Part shown: positions 1 through 9,465 of the stretch, in pieces
Layout of the letters: each line of letters begins with the position of its first letter
Position numbering within the stretch: position 1 is the first letter of the stretch
Virus record (IMG/VR): IMGVR_UViG_2874968258_000009
DNA: 40,286 nt
DNA from: a virus
Taxonomy: Monodnaviria; Loebvirae; Hofneiviricota; Faserviricetes; Tubulavirales; Inoviridae
Reading direction: 5' to 3' (one strand)
Translations under genes and position numbers: made by a program
The notes under the pieces: model-generated
What the model was told of the DNA's origin: nothing
The model's database searches: none
The model's input: the letters and a program-made list of their open reading frames with translations, nothing else

Positions 1-457
1 TTAAGCAGCCATCTGATGATATTTTTCCCTGAAGGCTGCCGGGGAGATATTCCCCAGACGAGAGTGACGACGCTGACGATTGTAGAAAATCTCAATGTAT
101 TCCCGTATTACTGAGATGGCTTCATCCCGGTTATTAAAACGATAGTGGCTCAGGCTCTCATTTTTCAGCGTTCCCCAGAAGCTTTCCATCGGAGCGTTGT
201 CGTAACAGTTACCTTTACGCGACATTGATGTTTTCAGACCAAACTGCTCCTGTATGACCCGGTAATCGTATGCGCAGTACTGTGAACCTCGATCAGAGTG
301 GTGGATTAGCCCGGCAGGTGGGCGCTGGCTCCTGAGCGCCATAAACAGGGCTTTACCTGTCAGCTCTTTTGTCATGCGCTCTCCCATGGCGTAGCCGACA
401 ATTTCGCACGTATAAACATCTTTGATGCCAGCGAGGTACAACCATCCCTCCTGTGTG
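1..457 (-). mobile_element. IS600-like (IS3 family) element, 3' portion, cut by window edge and fused to an IS2 fragment
   Basis: Minus-strand translation of 1-457 matches the C-terminal ~150 aa of the OrfB encoded at 3484-4302 ([24 protein letters not shown]...REKYHQMAA). Collinearity ends at 455-457 where the sequence switches to IS2-internal DNA. Confidence 0.8.
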
Positions 458-1100
458 TTTACCGGATCATGCGCCAGAATGCGCTGTTGCTTGAGCGAAA
501 ACCTGCTGTACCGCCATCGAAACGGGCACATACAGGCAGAGTGGCCGTGAAAGAAAGCAATCAGCGATGGTGCTCTGACGGGTTCGAGTTCTGCTGTGAT
601 AACGGAGAGAGACTGCGTGTCACGTTCGCGCTGGACTGCTGTGATCGTGAGGCACTGCACTGGGCGGTGACTACCGGCGGCTTCAACAGTGAAACAGTAC
701 AGGACGTCATGCTGGGAGCGGTGGAACGCCGCTTCGGCAACGATCTTCCGTCGTCTCCAGTGGAGTGGCTGACGGATAATGGTTCATGCTACCGGGCTAA
801 TGAAACACGCCAGTTCGCCCGGATGTTGGGACTTGAACCGAAGAACACGGCGGTGCGGAGTCCGGAGAGTAACGGAATAGCAGAGAGCTTCGTGAAAACG
901 ATAAAGCGTGACTACATCAGTATCATGCCCAAACCAGACGGGTTAACGGCAGCAAAGAACCTTGCAGAGGCGTTCGAGCATTATAACGAATGGCATCCGC
1001 ATAGTGCGCTGGGTTATCGCTCGCCACGGGAATATCTGCGGCAGCGGGCTTGTAATGGGTTAAGTGATAACAGATGTCTGGAAATATAGGGGCAAATCCA
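455..1100 (+). mobile_element. IS2 3' fragment (corresponds to ~nt 686-1331 of the full copy at 1867-3197)
   Basis: DNA from 455 onward is near-identical to 2552-3197 of the complete IS2 and ends with the same terminus ...ggaaatataggggcaaatcca at 1100. Confidence 0.85.
469..1089 (+). pseudogene. insD: IS2 transposase InsD, C-terminal fragment (N-terminus missing)
   Basis: 206-aa ORF is near-identical to residues ~96-301 of the InsD encoded at 2281-3186; its upstream part was replaced by IS600 sequence. Confidence 0.85.
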
Positions 1101-1957
1101 GGCAATACCATGAATCACCGGAGCGAAACCATGTTGTCTATCGGGCAACATCGCTTCTGTTGAATTTATTTTGAGGCCACGAAAGTTCACACTATCAAAA
1201 ATATCGCCATCGGTATAACTATCACCTACCGTTAACCGTGAGCGTAAGGGAATAATGTCACGTTCAGCCGACGTATTGATATGCTGCCATTTATTGCTGT
1301 CAGATGAATTGCTACTCCCACTGTTATAACTCCACGTTGAGTTATCGCGTAGTCGCCAACTACCAATGTTGATGCCACTCTGTAAATTCAAATATGCATA
1401 GTTTGATTTTCCTGCATTATGGTTACTACGATTATTAATAGAATTACCATTAAAACTATAGTTTAGAAGCCCTGCATTTATTCCTTCTTCCCACAGATCA
1501 GGAGAAACATAGCCGCGAGCCATTCTGCCAACATAAATTTGCGGAACGGAGAGTGACAGATGTTGCTGACCAACATCAAACTCAGTTGATGCGTCGGCCA
1601 AACGATCCTGAAGTGGTGTGCATGCGCTGTTGTCCGGCACATGTTTTTCTGCCGAATGTTCTTTATTGTCTAATAACGCTATTTTTTTTATACCAAGACT
1701 GACAAGAAGATCTGTACTCAGGCATGGGATGAGTTCTGCGTTATTTGAGGTAGCCTGAGTTTAACGGACACTCCTTCCTGAAATAGAATGGCATCAGAAG
1801 GAGCTAATAATGAGCAGAAAAACCCAACGTTACTCTAAAGAGTTCAAAGCCGAAGCTGTCAGAACGTAGACTGGCCCCCTGAATCTCCAGACAACCAGTA
1901 TCACTTATTTAAGTGATAGTCTTAATACTAGTTTTTAGACTAGTCATTGGAGAGCAG

Positions 1958-2323
1958 ATGATTGATGTCTTAGGACCGGAGAAACGCAGACGGCGTACCA
2001 CACAGGAAAAGATCGCAATTGTTCAGCAGAGCTTTGAACCGGGGATGACGGTCTCCCTCGTTGCCCGGCAACATGGTGTAGCAGCCAGCCAGTTATTTCT
2101 CTGGCGTAAGCAATACCAGGAAGGAAGTCTTACTGCTGTGGCCGCCGGAGAACAGGTTGTTCCTGCCTCTGAACTTGCTGCCGCCATGAAGCAGATTAAA
2201 GAACTCCAGCGCCTGCTCGGCAAGAAAACGATGGAAAATGAACTCCTCAAAGAAGCCGTTGAATATGGACGGGCAAAAAAGTGGATAGCGCACGCGCCCT
2301 TATTGCCCGGGGATGGGGAGTAA
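1958..2323 (+). CDS. insC: IS2 transposase OrfA (InsC)
   Basis: ORF with [40 protein letters not shown]...; the track ORF 1913-2323 starts at an upstream in-frame Met, and ATG 1958 is the likely start. Confidence 0.9.
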
Positions 2324-3186
2324 GCTTAGTCAGCCGTTGTCTCCGGGTGTCGCGTGCGCAGTTGCACGTCATTCTCAGACGAACCGATGACTGGATGGAT
2401 GGCCGCCACAGTCGTCACACTGATGATACGGATGTGCTTCTCCGTATACACCATGTTATCGGAGAGCTGCCCACGTATGGTTATCGTCGGGTATGGGCGC
2501 TGCTTCGCAGACAGGCAGAACTTGATGGTATGCCTGCGATCAATGCCAAACGTGTTTACCGGATCATGCGCCAGAATGCGCTGTTGCTTGAGCGAAAACC
2601 TGCTGTACCGCCATCGAAACGGGCACATACAGGCAGAGTGGCTGTGAAAGAAAGTAATCAGCGATGGTGCTCTGACGGGTTCGAGTTCCGCTGTGATAAC
2701 GGAGAAAAACTGCGAGTCACGTTCGCGCTGGACTGCTGTGACCGTGAGGCACTGCACTGGGCGGTCACTACGGGCGGCTTCAACAGTGAAACAGTACAGG
2801 ACGTCATGCTGGGAGCGGTGGAACGCCGCTTCGGCAACGAGCTTCCGGCGTCTCCAGTAGAGTGGCTGACGGATAATGGTTCATGCTACCGGGCTAATGA
2901 AACACGGCAGTTTGCCCGGATGTTGGGGCTTGAACCGAAGAGCACGGCGGTGCGGAGTCCGGAGAGTAACGGCATAGCAGAGAGCTTCGTGAAAACGATA
3001 AAGCGTGACTACATCAGTGTCATGCCCAAACCAGACGGGTTAACGGCAGCAAAGAACCTTGCAGAGGCGTTCGAGCATTATAACGAATGGCATCCGCATA
3101 GTGCACTGGGTTATCGCTCGCCACGGGAATATCTACGGCAGCAAGCCAGTAATGGGTTAAGTGATAACAGGTGTCTGGAAATATAG
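2281..3186 (+). CDS. insD: IS2 transposase OrfB (InsD), overlapping insC in a different frame
   Basis: 301-aa [37 protein letters not shown]...DDE-type integrase core ([13 protein letters not shown]...[11 protein letters not shown]). Confidence 0.9.
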
Positions 3187-3483
3187 GGGCAAATCCAGAA
3201 CGGTTCTTGAAAATCAACTTTCGATCAGTGAAGGCGCTTCCCGATTATCTCTTCCTGAAGGCACTTTAGGACAATGGGTTACCGCCGCCAGAAAAGGGCT
3301 CGGTACTCCTGGTTCCCGCACGGTGGCTGAACTGGAATCTGAAATTCTGCAACTGCGTAAGGCGTTAAATGAAGCTCGCCTTGAGCGAGATATATTAAAA
3401 AAAGCAACAGCGTATTTTGCACAGGAGTCGCTGAAAAATACGCGTTAATCGAACAATGGCGACAACAATTTCCCATTGAAGCG

Positions 3484-4302
3484 ATGTGTCAGGTATTTGG
3501 TGTATCCAGGAGCGGTTATTACAACTGGGTACAGCATGAACCCTCAGACAGAAAACAAAGTGATGAGCGGCTAAAACTGGAGATTAAGGTGGCACATATC
3601 CGCACTCGCGAAACATATGGAACCCGGCGGCTCCAGACGGAGCTGGCAGAGAATGGCATCATCGTTGGTCGTGACCGACTGGCACGTCTTCGTAAGGAGC
3701 TAAGGCTACGCTGTAAGCAGAAACGCAAGTTCAGAGCGACTACGAACTCGAACCACAATCTGCCAGTTGCGCCAAATCTGCTGAACCAGACGTTCGCTCC
3801 TACAGCACCAAATCAGGTCTGGGTGGCGGACCTGACGTATGTTGCCACACAGGAGGGATGGTTGTACCTCGCTGGCATCAAAGATGTTTATACGTGCGAA
3901 ATTGTCGGCTACGCCATGGGAGAGCGCATGACAAAAGAGCTGACAGGTAAAGCCCTGTTTATGGCGCTCAGGAGCCAGCGCCCACCTGCCGGGCTAATCC
4001 ACCACTCTGATCGAGGTTCACAGTACTGCGCATACGATTACCGGGTCATACAGGAGCAGTCTGGTCTGAAAACATCAATGTCGCGTAAAGGTAACTGTTA
4101 CGACAACGCTCCGATGGAAAGCTTCTGGGGAACGCTGAAAAATGAGAGCCTGAGCCACTATCGTTTTAATAACCGGGATGAAGCCATCTCAGTAATACGG
4201 GAATACATTGAGATTTTCTACAATCGTCAGCGTCGTCACTCTCGTCTGGGGAATATCTCCCCGGCAGCCTTCAGGGAAAAATATCATCAGATGGCTGCTT
4301 AA
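3484..4302 (+). CDS. IS600-like (IS3 family) transposase OrfB
   Basis: 272-aa ORF with an rve-type integrase core (HHSDRGSQYCA...SRKGNCYDNAPMESFWGTLK) directly downstream of orfA; likely expressed as an OrfAB frameshift fusion in an intact element. Confidence 0.85.
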   Translation: MCQVFGVSRSGYYNWVQHEPSDRKQSDERLKLEIKVAHIRTRETYGTRRLQTELAENGIIVGRDRLARLRKELRLRCKQKRKFRATTNSNHNLPVAPNLLNQTFAPTAPNQVWVADLTYVATQEGWLYLAGIKDVYTCEIVGYAMGERMTKELTGKALFMALRSQRPPAGLIHHSDRGSQYCAYDYRVIQEQSGLKTSMSRKGNCYDNAPMESFWGTLKNESLSHYRFNNRDEAISVIREYIEIFYNRQRRHSRLGNISPAAFREKYHQMAA

Positions 4303-4387
4303 AAAAAGAACAAATGGTAGTGTCCGCTATTGCCAGTACACCTCAATTATCATCTGCAATAAAAGTAATATCGGTAATGACTCCAAC

Positions 4388-4891
4388 TTATTGATAGTGT
4401 TTTATGTTCAGATAATGCCCGATGACTTTGTCATGCAGCTCCACCGATTTTGAGAACGACAGCGACTTCCGTCCCAGCCGTGCCAGGTGCTGCCTCAGAT
4501 TCAGGTTATGCCGCTCAATTCGCTGCGTATATCGCTTGCTGATTACGTGCAGCTTTCCCTTCAGGCGGGATTCATACAGCGGCCAGCCATCCGTCATCCA
4601 TATCACCACGTCAAAGGGTGACAGCAGGCTCATAAGACGCCCCAGCGTCGCCATAGTGCGTTCACCGAATACGTGCGCAACAACCGTCTTCCGGAGACTG
4701 TCATACGCGTAAAACAGCCAGCGCTGGCGCGATTTAGCCCCGACATAGCCCCACTGTTCGTCCATTTCCGCGCAGACGATGACGTCACTGCCCGGCTGTA
4801 TGCGCGAGGTTACCGACTGCGGCCTGAGTTTTTTAAGTGACGTAAAATCGTGTTGAGGCCAACGCCCATAATGCGTGCAGTTGCCCGGCAT
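4388..4891 (-). CDS. insB: IS1 InsB
   Basis: 167-aa ORF overlapping the insA 3' end, as in IS1 (InsAB' frameshift arrangement). Confidence 0.9.
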
Positions 4892-5085
4892 CCAACGCCA
4901 TTCATGGCCATATCAATGATTTTCTGGTGCGTACCGGGTTGAGAAGCGGTGTAAGTGAACTGCAGTTGCCATGTTTTACGGCAGTGAGAGCAGAGATAGC
5001 GCTGATGTCCGGCAGTGCTTTTGCCGTTACGCACCACCCCGTCAGTAGCTGAACAGGAGGGACAGCTGATAGAAACAGAAGCCAC
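4810..5085 (-). CDS. insA: IS1 InsA
   Basis: 91-aa [46 protein letters not shown]... Confidence 0.9.
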
Positions 5086-5245
5086 TGGAGCACCTCAAAA
5101 ACACCATCATACACTAAATCAGTAAGTTGGCAGCATCACCGTAATATCCCGACTAGTCATAAATTCGTCGTTCAAATAAATGTCGACCCGATATGTACCA
5201 GGTGGTGCCTCGCGTCCCTTAGTAAAGGCGGGTAATGACTCCAAC

Positions 5246-5749
5246 TTATTGATAGTGTTTTATGTTCAGATAATGCCCGATGACTTTGTCATGCAGCTCC
5301 ACCGATTTTGAGAACGACAGCGACTTCCGTCCCAGCCGTGCCAGGTGCTGCCTCAGATTCAGGTTATGCCGCTTAATTCGCTGCGTATATCGCTTGCTGA
5401 TTACGTGCAGCTTTCCCTTCAGGCGGGATTCATACAGCGGCCAGCCATCCGTCATCCATATCACCACGTCAAAGGGTGACAGCAGGCTCATAAGACGCCC
5501 CAGCGTCGCCATAGTGCGTTCACCGAATACGTGCGCAACAACCGTCTTCCGGAGACTGTCATACGCGTAAAACAGCCAGCGCTGGCGCGATTTAGCCCCG
5601 ACATAGCCCCACTGTTCGTCCATTTCCGCGCAGACGATGACGTCACTGCCCGGCTGTATGCGCGAGGTTACCGACTGCGGCCTGAGTTTTTTAAGTGACG
5701 TAAAATCGTGTTGAGGCCAACGCCCATAATGCGTGCAGTTGCCCGGCAT
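5246..5749 (-). CDS. insB: IS1 InsB
   Basis: 167 aa, one substitution (E to K) relative to the 4388-4891 copy. Confidence 0.9.
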
Positions 5750-5943
5750 CCAACGCCATTCATGGCCATATCAATGATTTTCTGGTGCGTACCGGGTTGG
5801 GAAGCGGTGTAAGTGAACTGCAGTTGCCATGTTTTACGGCAGTGAGAGCAGAGATAGCGCTGATGTCCGGCAGTGCTTTTGCCGTTACGCACCACCCCGT
5901 CAGTAGCTGAACAGGAGGGACAGCTGATAGAAACAGAAGCCAC
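5668..5943 (-). CDS. insA: IS1 InsA
   Basis: Identical to the 4810-5085 product. Confidence 0.9.
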
Positions 5944-6227
5944 TGGAGCACCTCAAAAACACCATCATACACTAAATCAGTAAGTTGGCAGCATCACCGT
6001 AAAGGCGGATAAATCGACAGATTCAGCAAGATCATTGCTTAAAAACCGTGGATTAAAATAATACTCTGCGTCAACGGGAAATACCGCAGTTGCTAAGCCA
6101 AGGGCAATGGTAAGCCGTGCAAAGCGAGGCAGTATTAACACCTGATGCATACGATATGCCTTAAATGCGGCACGAAAGGCTGTCATTATTAATTCCGATT
6201 GAGTTTATTATTAATTAGGTCACTGGC

Positions 6228-6765
6228 TTACTGCATGGTTGCCTTAATACGCGGAGTTAATGCACCGTAATCATTGATCGTCTGAAAACTGATATCCCCG
6301 GTTGCAGCATGCGGGATATCCACCGATACTTCACCTTTTGGCGGCACCATGGTGTTTGGGAGATTGCTATTTCCTGCTTTCATATTTGTTACGGTAATGA
6401 AATAGGGCGTTGGATTAATAAGAGTGAGTTTGCTACCGCTACGACGAAACCGAAGCATTGCAGGCGCTTCTTCAGGTGCCATTGCCAGGTTCGTGGGGCG
6501 ATAAAACATTTTTATGCGGCTAATAATTGCCAGCTGTAATGTATTCTCATTCTTCTGGTCTTTTTCCATAGCAGGAATAGCTTTAACATTCACCCAGAAC
6601 AGGCTTTCACGGTCGCCTGGTAACTGATGATTAGTAGCGTTGATTATCCGCAGCGTATTCCAGTGCGACAGCTGCGTTGGCAACGGTGCTATGGCAAGCA
6701 AAGAGCAATAAAAGTAACACTGTCGCCATAAAGGAAATAGAGTAGGGGGTACGCGTAGTTTGCAT
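6228..6765 (-). pseudogene. Fimbrial periplasmic chaperone (FimC/PapD family) with an internal out-of-frame deletion
   Basis: Minus-strand ATG at 6765 with a GGAGA Shine-Dalgarno opens a signal peptide (MQTTRTPYSISFMATVLLLLFACHSTVANA AVAL) that hits a stop after ~45 codons. The chaperone body (NTLRIINATNHQLPGDRESLFWVNVKAIP...NPTPYFITV...DYGALTP) continues in the +1 frame, with ~60 N-terminal domain codons missing. Confidence 0.7.
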
Positions 6766-7321
6766 CTGATGCATTCTCCATGTGTTAAGAGGATAAGCGG
6801 GAAAACCGTTACATCAGACAATCGATTAATGTTGCTAATACATTGGCGAGTCGCCGGGTTTCCAGACTTAATGCGTTTGTAATAAATGTTGGTTCTCTTT
6901 TAATAGGAAAACCTTGCTACAAAGTAAATATTTTAAATAACAGTAAGTTTAACTACTGTTGTTTATTGATAGTTTAGATATTATGTGATTTTTCATAGCG
7001 CTCCAAATACAAACCACTCCTCATTAATAATGAGATTCACATTGGTGAATTGCTCGGGTGTGCGTAGCCATGCCACACACACCCTGTTTCAATTTCAGAT
7101 GACGTATAGCCACCTTAAGATTGAATTATAGATATTGAACTTTGAAGGTCGCATCAGCGTTTGCAGTACCAGCTACGGACTGCCCGAGAGCAATATAACG
7201 AGCCTGGAATGGCAGTATATTCGTGCCACGATAACATCTTTAAATCACAAGGACACCTAATCTGAACGAATACTGAACGAATAACGACTACCAGAAAAGC
7301 ACTTCGCATCACTCAGACATG

Positions 7322-7349
7322 ATTTAACATAATATACATTATGCGCACC
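7322..7349 (-). other. dif: Chromosomal dif site (XerC/XerD recombination site) forming the left prophage junction (attL)
   Basis: Plus strand ATTTAACATAATATACATTATGCGCACC is the reverse complement of the canonical E. coli dif GGTGCGCATAA-TGTATA-TTATGTTAAAT (28/28). Confidence 0.9.
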
Positions 7350-7489
7350 AATGGTAAGGATGGCAGAATCTGGCGGGAATCGTTGACACTGGCCGTCAAC
7401 TGGCTACTATCGACAGTGATTCAAAATCATCCGTTTCTCCAAACGAATCAGAATCAAATGTCTGTCAGCAGTAAGTGAACGGCCTGACC

Positions 7490-7738
7490 TCACCAATCAG
7501 GCCTGTTCATCCAGTTAGTTGGTAAATCTGTACCTGATACACGAGAATCAAACACCACTTCTTCAGTGCCATCACCATGATGCCGGATAATCTGGTAACC
7601 GGATTGCGGGTTCTGGCTCTCAGCTTCATAAGCAGCCCGGAATGCTGGATCTTTGAGAAGCATCACTTTCAGCTCCTGATGTGTCATGAATTTTTCCATG
7701 ATAAGCCCCGATGAATGCTGCCGCGCCGAATCAGCCAT
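7490..7738 (-). CDS. Hypothetical small protein downstream of the secretin gene (start uncertain; possibly the internal Met at MTHQELK)
   Basis: 82-aa ORF with protein-like composition (MEKFMTHQELKVMLLKDPAFRAAYEAESQNP...); unchanged in all three copies despite a nearby indel. Confidence 0.4.
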   Translation of the reverse strand: MADSARQHSSGLIMEKFMTHQELKVMLLKDPAFRAAYEAESQNPQSGYQIIRHHGDGTEEVVFDSRVSGTDLPTNWMNRPDW

Positions 7739-8220
7739 AACGCTGAAAATGGAAACTGTACGGCTTGGCCAACCCCGGACAGCAACAAAACAAGTTTTGT
7801 CACTGACCGGCGTTATCTTTCAAAACAGACAGTTAACGATTTTTTGTCTGGTGTTTATGCGTGAAATTTCGTGCGTACGAAATTCACCACCAATAAACAA
7901 ACGGACGATGACTGACCGGAAAAGCAATGCCGTCAGCATCATGACCACGCATTACCTGATTGAGAAGACTTCTGACTTCACGGCGCTCAGGCCTGGTCAT
8001 CATCATATTGCGATACCAGGACGGCGATTTATCAAACCATCTGGCACAACTGGCAAAATGTGAACCTACACGACGATAAGACTTAAGGCGGCCACCGGGA
8101 AGTCGGTCACGCGCCTTATTTTTTACAGACATAATAAATCCTCTAAGTAACTGAATACCTAGAAGATGTCGTACTGTTCATACCCCATAAAAGTTAACGC
8201 CATAATAAAAATCCATACAA

Positions 8221-9465
8221 TCAGTTCAGGTTGTCCCGGAACAGTTCACCGCTCCTCGCGGCGCTGCGGGGCGTCGCCCTGCTCCGGTCAACCTTTCTGA
8301 CCTGAAGCATCACCATAATATCAGTCTTGTTGCTTTCACTGGTACGGGAACCGAAGAAGCTCCAGCCGGAACTGGCCTTACTGTCTTTCTGTTCAGCAAG
8401 GCCACCAAGTAAAATAATATCACCATCTGCAAGGCTGACTTCGGTTGTTACATCACGCTTGATAAGGGTTGGCGAGTTATTGACGCCGGTTTCAGTGGTC
8501 ACAAAGTTGGAAAGCTGCTGCTGAATCTTGAGATCCATTGTCCGACTTTTGATTGATGGCGTCACGTTAAACAAAACACCGCTGGAACGATATTCAACGG
8601 ATTGCGTTGTCGTATTGTTATTCACCGTAACACTGCCCAGTACTGGCACATCAGAGCCGACTGAAAAAGACGCTGAGGCATTATTTTTTACCCGCAGTCG
8701 TGGCGCACTGACAACAGTAAAACGACTGTCGGTTTTCAGCAGATTGAAAATGGCATCAATGGAGCCGGTTCGAATATTGATAAAATTATCCAGTCCGGCA
8801 GCACCAACTGAAATATTGAATTTATCAGACAGAATTTTAGCCGCTAAAAGAATGCCGGAGCCGTCAGACTGCGAGGTCTGAACCTCAAAAACATAACCAG
8901 AAACAACCACTTCATCACTCATCGTATCCAGCGAAGTGACCAGTGTTTTCAGGATGGCGATATCCTCTTTCGTACCATAATAAACCAGAATATCACCGGT
9001 TCGATTGATGTAGTTGCTTGCCCCTGATGAACCTTTTAGCGAATCGTCAGAAATCACGGCTCCACTGTTATTGAAGGAGCCTGAAACGTAGCCGCCAAGA
9101 ATATCAGACAGGTAGGCAACAGAACGGTACTGAGGCGTATAAGTCCATGTATAACGTGGCTTAACCGGCTCTTTCGGCGTATAGGGCGCGATAAAATCAA
9201 CACCCTTTTTCGTCCATATTCGAATGTTCATATTGCCAAGATAACGGGTTACAAATTCCCGTTCATCAATATCAGGTGTTAACCTGAATGTAATCATTCG
9301 TTCATCATTAACAAGCTGTGGATCTAGCATATACGGGACTTTAAGCACCTCACTGTAAATAAGAGAAATAGCCTCCGGTAGCTTGACTTTATTTAATTCA
9401 AGCTCTGACCCTGCGAAAGCACATGAAGAAAATAGTAGCGTTAATGCGAGTAAAATCTTTTTCAT
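8221..9465 (-). CDS. Phage secretin (pIV-like outer-membrane export channel)
   Basis: 414 aa with an N-terminal signal peptide (MKKILLALTLLFSSCAFA) and a C-terminal secretin-type region (VVSAPRLRV...GDIILLGGLAEQKDSKASSGWSFFG). Confidence 0.8.
   Translation of the reverse strand: MKKILLALTLLFSSCAFAGSELELNKVKLPEAISLIYSEVLKVPYMLDPQLVNDERMITFRLTPDIDEREFVTRYLGNMNIRIWTKKGVDFIAPYTPKEPVKPRYTWTYTPQYRSVAYLSDILGGYVSGSFNNSGAVISDDSLKGSSGASNYINRTGDILVYYGTKEDIAILKTLVTSLDTMSDEVVVSGYVFEVQTSQSDGSGILLAAKILSDKFNISVGAAGLDNFINIRTGSIDAIFNLLKTDSRFTVVSAPRLRVKNNASASFSVGSDVPVLGSVTVNNNTTTQSVEYRSSGVLFNVTPSIKSRTMDLKIQQQLSNFVTTETGVNNSPTLIKRDVTTEVSLADGDIILLGGLAEQKDSKASSGWSFFGSRTSESNKTDIMVMLQVRKVDRSRATPRSAARSGELFRDNLN

Larger units (their letters stand above)
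1867..3197 (+). mobile_element. IS2, complete 1331-bp copy, 5-bp target duplication GAACG
   Basis: Starts TAGACTGGCCCCCTGAATCTCCAGACAACC and ends GGGGCAAATCCA. GAACG is present at 1862-1866 and 3198-3202. Contains insC and insD in the standard overlapping arrangement. Confidence 0.95.
1810..3448 (+). pseudogene. IS600-like orfA disrupted by IS2 insertion (segments 1810-1866 and 3198-3448)
   Basis: ATG at 1810 encodes MSRKTQRYSKEFKAEAVRT, then IS2 begins. The reading frame resumes after IS2 as ...VLENQLSISEGASRLS...LERDILKKATAYFAQESLKNTR (track ORF 3161-3448). Confidence 0.75.
1746..4345 (+). mobile_element. IS600-like (IS3 family) element carrying a nested IS2; 3-bp target duplication ATT
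   Basis: Ends TGAGGTAGCCTGAG... (1746) and ...GTGTCCG..CACCTCA (4345) form imperfect inverted repeats. ATT is present at 1743-1745 and 4346-4348. Length without IS2 and its duplication is 1264 bp. OrfA/OrfB architecture is typical of the IS3 family. Confidence 0.8.
4373..5140 (-). mobile_element. IS1 (768 bp) inserted in the usher gene; 8-bp target duplication GTAATATC
   Basis: Termini GGTAATGACTCCAACTTATTGATAGTG (4373) and ...CAGTAAGTTGGCAGCATCACC (5140). GTAATATC is present at 4365-4372 and 5141-5148. Confidence 0.95.
5231..5998 (-). mobile_element. IS1 (768 bp) second copy in the usher gene; 9-bp target duplication GTAAAGGCG
   Basis: Same termini as the first IS1. GTAAAGGCG is present at 5222-5230 and 5999-6007. 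Confidence 0.95.
1101..6186 (-). pseudogene. Fimbrial usher (FimD/PapC family) 5' portion, split by IS600::IS2 and two IS1 insertions and truncated at the IS2 fragment
   Basis: Minus-strand pieces 6186-5999 (signal peptide plus YFNPRFLSNDLAESVDLSAF), 5230-5141 (PPGTYRVDIYLNDEFMTSRDIT), 4372-4346 and 1745-1101 (GQQHLSLSVPQ...GINAGLLNYSF...NKWQHINT...RDIIPLRSRLTVGD...RGLKINS) read as one continuous usher N-terminal region once the IS elements and one copy of each target duplication are removed. Confidence 0.8.

Noticed and set aside
1-660. 219-aa minus-strand ORF spanning the window start
   Set aside because: Only residues encoded by 1-457 are IS600 OrfB. The N-terminal part of the ORF is an antisense read-through into the IS2 fragment across the 455-457 junction, so it is not a single real gene.
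2326-2757. Minus-strand ORFs within IS2 (2326-2757, 2023-2250, 2093-2293, 3020-3217, 923-1111)
   Set aside because: Antisense to insC/insD; known IS2 coding capacity is on the plus strand here.
4422-4712. 96-aa plus-strand ORFs inside each IS1 (4422-4712, 5280-5570, 37966-38256) and the 70-aa minus-strand ORFs at the IS1 ends
   Set aside because: Antisense or overlapping frames within IS1; IS1 encodes only InsA and InsB (InsAB').
7686-8063. 125-aa plus-strand ORF between the secretin gene and the att site (split in copy 3 into 26694-26903 and 26723-27070)
   Set aside because: Cys/Arg-rich, non-protein-like composition with no ribosome-binding site, and it is disrupted by the T-run indel in one copy; more likely structured non-coding DNA.
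7884-8132. 82-aa minus-strand ORF downstream of the secretin gene (also 17388-17636 and 26891-27139)
   Set aside because: Arg/Trp/Ser-rich composition and overlap with the equally dubious plus-strand ORF; I could not support it as coding from sequence alone, though it cannot be excluded.
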